Assembly (NCBI GenBank): GCA_039588275.1 | Contig: JBDHAC010000001.1 | Location: 32,001 to 96,000, forward strand | Direction of reading: 5' to 3' | Source of the DNA: Gemmatimonadota bacterium | GTDB taxonomy: Bacteria; Gemmatimonadota; Gemmatimonadetes; Palauibacterales; Palauibacteraceae | DNA length: 64,000 nucleotides | Shown: piece by piece, positions 59,439 through 64,000 of the stretch | Position numbering within the stretch: position 1 is the stretch's first letter | Layout of the letters: the number at the start of each line of letters is the position of its first letter | Notes under the pieces: model-generated | What the model was told of the DNA's origin: nothing | Seen by the model: the letters and a program-made list of their open reading frames with translations, nothing else | Database searches by the model: none | Made by a program: the position numbers and the translations under genes

Positions 59439-59553
59439 CCACCCTGTCGGCACGCCGGCGTTGAGCGCACCGACGGTTCTGACCGTCGGTTGAGCACACC
59501 GTGCACACGGGGGCCGGGAGCACCGCACCGGAGCACGCGAAGGAGGACAGTCT

Positions 59554-60522
59554 TTGCACGAAACCGTACACGGCATCCACCACGTCACCGCGATAGCCGG
59601 CGATGCGCAGGAAAACCTCGACTTCTACGTCGGGGTCATGGGCCTGCGCCTGGTAAAGCGAAGCGTGAATCAGGACGCGCCAGACACGTACCACCTGTTC
59701 TACGCCGATGCAGTGGGCACGCCCGGCACGGACCTGACGTTCTTCCCGTGGCCTCGTATGGGGCCGGGAAGAGCCGGCGTCGGCCTGGCGATGGAGGTGG
59801 CGTTCGCCGTCCCGCCCGGGAGTCTCTCCCACTGGGTGTCGCGGCTCGCTTCTCATGGTGTCGCGACAGGCGAGCCGGAAACCCGCTTTTTTTAATGATA
59901 CGGCGACCACCGAGATCTACACGGCCTCGAGCTGGCGTTGGTCGAGACGGAAGTCCCCCGACCGTGGGTGCCGTGGGAGGCGAGCCCCGTGCCGGAGGAA
60001 TCCCAACTGCGCGGAATGCACTCGGTCCGCCTCTGGGAGCGGGAGATCGCGAGGACCCGCGCGTTCTTGGTGAGCGCGCTGGGCTTCGAGGCCGTGGGGG
60101 AAGAGGTGGGGTGGGAGAGGTTCGCCGTAGACGGCGGTGGCCCCGGTTGCCTCCTCGAAGTGAAGGAGCTGCCGTCAGAGCCACGAGGACGCTGGGGGAC
60201 CGGGGCGGTGCACCACGTCGCGTGGCGGGTCAAAGACGAGGCCGAGGAGCTGGCACTCCGCGCCGTGGTCGCCGGGGAAGGACTGAACCCCACCCCACCC
60301 ATCGACCGCTTCTGGTTCCGATCTGTCTACTTCAGAGAGCCTGGCGGCGTCCTCTTCGAGCTCGCCACCGATGGCCCCGGCTTCGAGCGCGACGAATCGG
60401 CGGAGCGACTGGGCGAGACCCTGATCCTGCCTCCCTGGCTGGAGCCCCGCCGCGAGGAGATCGAGGCATCCCTGCCAGCGTTAAGCACACCGCTGAAGAA
60501 CTCGAGCGGGCAAATCCCGTGA
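59554..60522 (+). CDS. Ring-cleaving dioxygenase/VOC family (MhqO-like); interrupted in this assembly by adapter sequence
   Basis: GIHHVTAI, LVKRSVNQD..TYHLFY, VHHVAWR, DRFWFRSVYFREPGGVLFELATDGPGF; ORFs 59554..59895 and 59938..60522 are in the same frame. Confidence 0.88.
59894..59922 (+). other. Illumina P5 adapter sequence (assembly artefact)
   Basis: Exact AATGATACGGCGACCACCGAGATCTACAC preceded by a T7 run. Confidence 0.97.
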
Positions 60523-60590
60523 TGTCACCAGGTCGCGTGATGTCACCAGGTCGCATGATGTCACCGGGTCGCATGATGTCGCCGCGTCGG
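60519..60590 (+). repeat. 18-bp tandem repeat, 4 copies
   Basis: RTGATGTCACCRGGTCGC x3 plus a degenerate fourth copy, between the dioxygenase stop and the msrA SD. Confidence 0.92.
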
Positions 60591-60605
60591 TAGAGGAGGG
60601 CTGCC

Positions 60606-61148
60606 ATGGAGAAGAGACCCGACGAAGTCGCGACGCTCGCCGCCGGGTGCTTTTGGTGCGTCGAAGCCGTCTTCGAGCAACTTCGTGGTGTCAGCCGGGT
60701 GCAATCGGGCTATTCGGGGGGGACCGTCGCCAACCCGACCTATGAGCAGGTATGCACCGGGACGACCGGACACGCGGAGGTGTTACAGGTTCATTTCGAC
60801 CCGGAGTCGATCTCGTTCCAGGACCTGCTGGAGGTCTTCTTCACCATCCACGACCCGACGACGCTCAACCGTCAGGGAGGGGACGTCGGTACACAGTACC
60901 GGTCGGCGATCTTCTATCACTCCGAAGAACAGGAAGCGGTCGCCAGGTCCGTGATCGAGCGCTTCGAGCGGGACCGTGTCTGGGACGATCCGATCGTGAC
61001 CGAGGTAACGCCGTTCGAGGTCTTCTATCCGGCCGAGGACTACCACCAGGAGTACTTCCGGCAGAATCCCGCGCAGCCGTACTGCAGCGCCGTGATCGCT
61101 CCGAAGGTGGCGAAATTCCGCAAACAACACCTGGCGCGTCTCGCGTAG
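60606..61148 (+). CDS. msrA: Peptide methionine sulfoxide reductase A
   Basis: [31 protein letters not shown]. Confidence 0.96.
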   Translation: MEKRPDEVATLAAGCFWCVEAVFEQLRGVSRVQSGYSGGTVANPTYEQVCTGTTGHAEVLQVHFDPESISFQDLLEVFFTIHDPTTLNRQGGDVGTQYRSAIFYHSEEQEAVARSVIERFERDRVWDDPIVTEVTPFEVFYPAEDYHQEYFRQNPAQPYCSAVIAPKVAKFRKQHLARLA

Positions 61149-61192
61149 CAGGCCCCGATGAGCGTACCCACCGGGCAGCAGGCGGACGAAGC

Positions 61193-62377
61193 GTGACCGG
61201 CCGGGCGGCTATCGTCGGGTGCGGGATCTTCGGGACGACCGCAGCCGTCGAGCTCCGCGCTCGCGGATGGGACGTCACGCTGGTCGATCAAGGGTCGGCC
61301 CCACACCCGAAGGCGACCTCGAACGACGCGAACCGCGTGGTGCGCCCCGACTACGGGTCCGACGATTTCTACGTCGACCTGGCGTTGGAGGCGATCGATG
61401 GCTGGCACGAATGGAACCGGACCTGGGACGAGCCCCCATACCATGAGGACGGTTTCCTGCTCCTCGCCCGCGAGTCGCTGCGCCCCGGCACGTTCGAGGG
61501 CGACTCGTTCGAGCGACTCAGCGCCCGGGGGATCCCGCTCGAGCGCCTGGATGGCGAGGCGATACGCGCCCGCTTCCCCGCCTGGCGAACCGACGACTAT
61601 CCCGCTGCCTATCACAACCCGCGCGCGGGGTGGACCGAGGCGGACCGGGTTCTCGAGACGCTTCTCCGTCTGGCGACGGCGGCAGGCGTGCGGATTCGAC
61701 CGGACGCCCCCATGCGCGGTCTCGTGGAGGACGACCGGGGAGTGGCGGGGATCATTCTCGAGGACGGTGAGCGTTTGGAGGCCGACGTCGTCCTGTTGGC
61801 GGCGGGTCCGTGGACCCCCCCGCTCCTGCCCGAGCTCGGTAATGTGATGTGGCCGTCGGGACAGCCGATCCTCTACTTTCAGCCCGACAAGGCGGACGCC
61901 TTTCGGTCCCCGGTCTTCTCGCCATGGGCCGCCGACATCGCCAACTCCGGCTGGTACGGGATCGCGGCGCTCGCGGATGGACGGGTGAAGGTGGCGAGCC
62001 ACGGAGAGGGCCTCCGGGTCGATCCCGGCGCGGATCTGAAGGTTCCCCCCGCCACCGAGCCCATCTTCCGCGCCTTCCTCGCGCGCGCGTTGCCGGGGCT
62101 CGCCGAGGCACCGGCTGCCGGCTCCCGGCTATGCGTGTACTGTGATACCTGGGATGGGGATTTCTGGATCGATCACGACCCCCGACGGCCGGGACTCGTG
62201 GTGGCCACCGGGGGGAGCGGGCACGGCTTCAAGTTCGCGCCCGTGCTCGGACCGATCATCGCCGACGTCGTGGAGCGCCATCCGAACCGCTGGGCGCACC
62301 GCTTCCGCTGGCGGACGCGCGAGGGGCGTCGGAGCGAGGACGCCAGGTCGGAAGTAGACCTGTACGGGGAGCGATGA
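61193..62377 (+). CDS. FAD-dependent oxidoreductase (sarcosine/fructosyl-amine oxidase-like)
   Basis: IVGCGIFG, ATSND.NR, C.YCDT.D.DF.ID, GGSGHGFKF. Confidence 0.85.
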   Translation: MTGRAAIVGCGIFGTTAAVELRARGWDVTLVDQGSAPHPKATSNDANRVVRPDYGSDDFYVDLALEAIDGWHEWNRTWDEPPYHEDGFLLLARESLRPGTFEGDSFERLSARGIPLERLDGEAIRARFPAWRTDDYPAAYHNPRAGWTEADRVLETLLRLATAAGVRIRPDAPMRGLVEDDRGVAGIILEDGERLEADVVLLAAGPWTPPLLPELGNVMWPSGQPILYFQPDKADAFRSPVFSPWAADIANSGWYGIAALADGRVKVASHGEGLRVDPGADLKVPPATEPIFRAFLARALPGLAEAPAAGSRLCVYCDTWDGDFWIDHDPRRPGLVVATGGSGHGFKFAPVLGPIIADVVERHPNRWAHRFRWRTREGRRSEDARSEVDLYGER

Positions 62378-62742
62378 GCAGAAAACGGTTGATCGTCGTC
62401 GGTGATCGCGTGCTGATCGAGCCCGAAGAGGGGGAAGAGCGCACGAAGGTCGGCCTCTACCTACCTCCCACCGCGGTGGACAAACAGTCCGTGCAGGGAG
62501 GTACGGTCGTGGCGACCGGCCCCGGCACTCCGATCGGGCCTCCCGCCGAGCTGGACGACGAGCCGTGGAAGATCGCCTCCGGCGAGGCGCGCTACCTACC
62601 CGTGCAAGCCGAGCCCGGAGACTACGCGCTGTTCTTCCGCAAGGCGGCCGTCGAGATCACCTTCGAGGGAAAGACCTATCTCGTCGTCCCACAGGCGGCG
62701 ATTCTGACGCTGGTGCGGGCGGAAGACCGCGAGGACTGGTGA
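62374..62742 (+). CDS. GroES/Cpn10 family protein (no adjacent groEL)
   Basis: GDRVLIEP, T..GLYLP, GTVVATGPG, GDYALF motifs. Confidence 0.85.
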   Translation: MSRKRLIVVGDRVLIEPEEGEERTKVGLYLPPTAVDKQSVQGGTVVATGPGTPIGPPAELDDEPWKIASGEARYLPVQAEPGDYALFFRKAAVEITFEGKTYLVVPQAAILTLVRAEDREDW

Positions 62743-62857
62743 CACCGTCCGGGGTTCGCGCGCTCACCTGGCGAACGCGTCGGATATCGAAGGAAGAGCA
62801 TTAGAGTGAAGAGCATTCAGAACATCTGAGCATGAGGGCATGAAGGAGAACGCCGTT

Positions 62858-64000
62858 ATGGATACACGCAATGTGACCCGGGCTCTGCCGAGCCCTCCCG
62901 CGATCGGGCTCGCCGCGCTCGTCGGCTGCACGGTCGCGCTCGCGCCGGCCGGCACGAGCGCGCAGGAAGCCCCGGAAGCGCCGCCGGCGCCACCGGCGGC
63001 CAAGGTGGTTCCGAAGCAGCTCGACACGCACGGCCACGTGCGCACCGACAACTACTATTGGCTGAACGACCGGGAAGACCCGGAGGTCATCGCCTACCTG
63101 GAGGCGGAGAACGAATACACCGCGGCGATGATGGCGCACACCCAGGAGCTCCGAGGAAAGCTCTTCGAGGAGATCAAGGGTCGCATCAAGCAGACCGACC
63201 TCTCCGTGCCTTACCGGCAGGGCGACTACTTCTACTACTCGCGTACGGAAGACGGGAAGGACTACCCGATCTACGCGCGCAAGAAGGGATCGCTCGAGGC
63301 CGAGGAAGAGGTCATGCTCGACCTGAACGAGCTGGCCGAGGGTCATGGCTTCTACTCGGCGGCCGGACGTCAGGTGAGCTCGGGCCAGAACCTGCTGGCG
63401 TTCGGAGAGGACACCCGCGGCCGGAGGATCTATACGATTCGCTTCAAGAACCTCGACACCGGCGAGTTCCTCGAGGATGAGATTCCGGGTGTATCGGGCA
63501 ACATGACCTGGGCCGAAGACAACCGGACACTGTTCTACACGAAGCGCGACCTGCAGACGCTGCGCTCGTTCCAGGTGTACCGGCACACGCTCGGGACCGA
63601 TCCGGCCCAGGATGAGCTGGTGTTCGAGGAAGCCGACGAGGAATTCAGCTGCTTCATCTGGAAGACGAAGTCCAAGGAGTATCTGATCATCGGGTCCGGG
63701 CACACGCTCACCAACGAGTACCGTTTCCTGGACGCCGAGGACCCCGAGGGCGAGTTCACCGTGTTCCTCCCACGGGAACGCGGGCACGAGCACGACATCG
63801 ATCACTTCGGAGATCACTTCTACGTCCGCACCAATGCCGGGGGGGCGAAGAACTTCAAGCTCATGCGCACCCCGGTGGACAAACGCGGGATGGAGAACTG
63901 GGAAGAAGTAATCGGGCACCGGGCGGACGTGTTGCTGGAGGGCTTCGATATCTTCCAGGACCATCTCGTGGTCGCCGAGCGGCGTAACGGACTCCGCGAG
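62858..64000 (+). CDS. ptrB: Oligopeptidase B (S9A), with signal peptide; runs off the window end
   Basis: Read by hand: HGHVRTDNYYWL.DREDPEVIAYLEAENEYT, LFEEIKGRIKQTDLSVP; AAGGAG SD. Absent from the ORF track because it has no stop. Confidence 0.88.
   Translation, partial: MDTRNVTRALPSPPAIGLAALVGCTVALAPAGTSAQEAPEAPPAPPAAKVVPKQLDTHGHVRTDNYYWLNDREDPEVIAYLEAENEYTAAMMAHTQELRGKLFEEIKGRIKQTDLSVPYRQGDYFYYSRTEDGKDYPIYARKKGSLEAEEEVMLDLNELAEGHGFYSAAGRQVSSGQNLLAFGEDTRGRRIYTIRFKNLDTGEFLEDEIPGVSGNMTWAEDNRTLFYTKRDLQTLRSFQVYRHTLGTDPAQDELVFEEADEEFSCFIWKTKSKEYLIIGSGHTLTNEYRFLDAEDPEGEFTVFLPRERGHEHDIDHFGDHFYVRTNAGGAKNFKLMRTPVDKRGMENWEEVIGHRADVLLEGFDIFQDHLVVAERRNGLRE

Noticed and set aside
59554..60522. Natural pseudogene or stop-codon recoding in the dioxygenase
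   Set aside because: The stops come from the Illumina P5 adapter and its junction

Overview
High-GC bacterial chromosomal window with about 57 protein-coding genes. I see no rRNA, tRNA, CRISPR array, integrase or transposase. The gene repertoire looks like Gemmatimonadota (inference only): many exported peptidases, beta-propeller lipoproteins, and ECF/anti-sigma/DUF4097 or PDZ modules. Main blocks: (1) a radical SAM/SPASM + two GT4 cluster; (2) exported peptidases (M61, three S9, M23, M16 pair, S8 with a PrcB-like neighbour, DUF885); (3) a minus-strand run encoding a 2-oxoacid oxidoreductase whose delta subunit is fused around a GltD/SudA-like NAD(P)H flavoprotein, followed by a TolB-like protein, a divergent PaaK-like adenylating enzyme, an MFS transporter and an SGNH lipoprotein; a second close paralog of the PaaK-like gene lies about 15.6 kb away; (4) two ECF sigma modules with recognisable TAAACC-N15 promoters; (5) housekeeping and stress genes (leuB-like, rph, ridA, LOG, msrA, solo groES, ptrB). 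Non-coding signals include two tandem arrays sharing a GATGTCRCCRGGTC core, sigma54-type motifs, a TetR operator and several gene-decay scars. An exact Illumina P5 adapter sits inside a dioxygenase gene at 59894-59922, so apparent pseudogenes and junctions here need checking against reads. All family calls are from motif recognition by eye; no searches were run.
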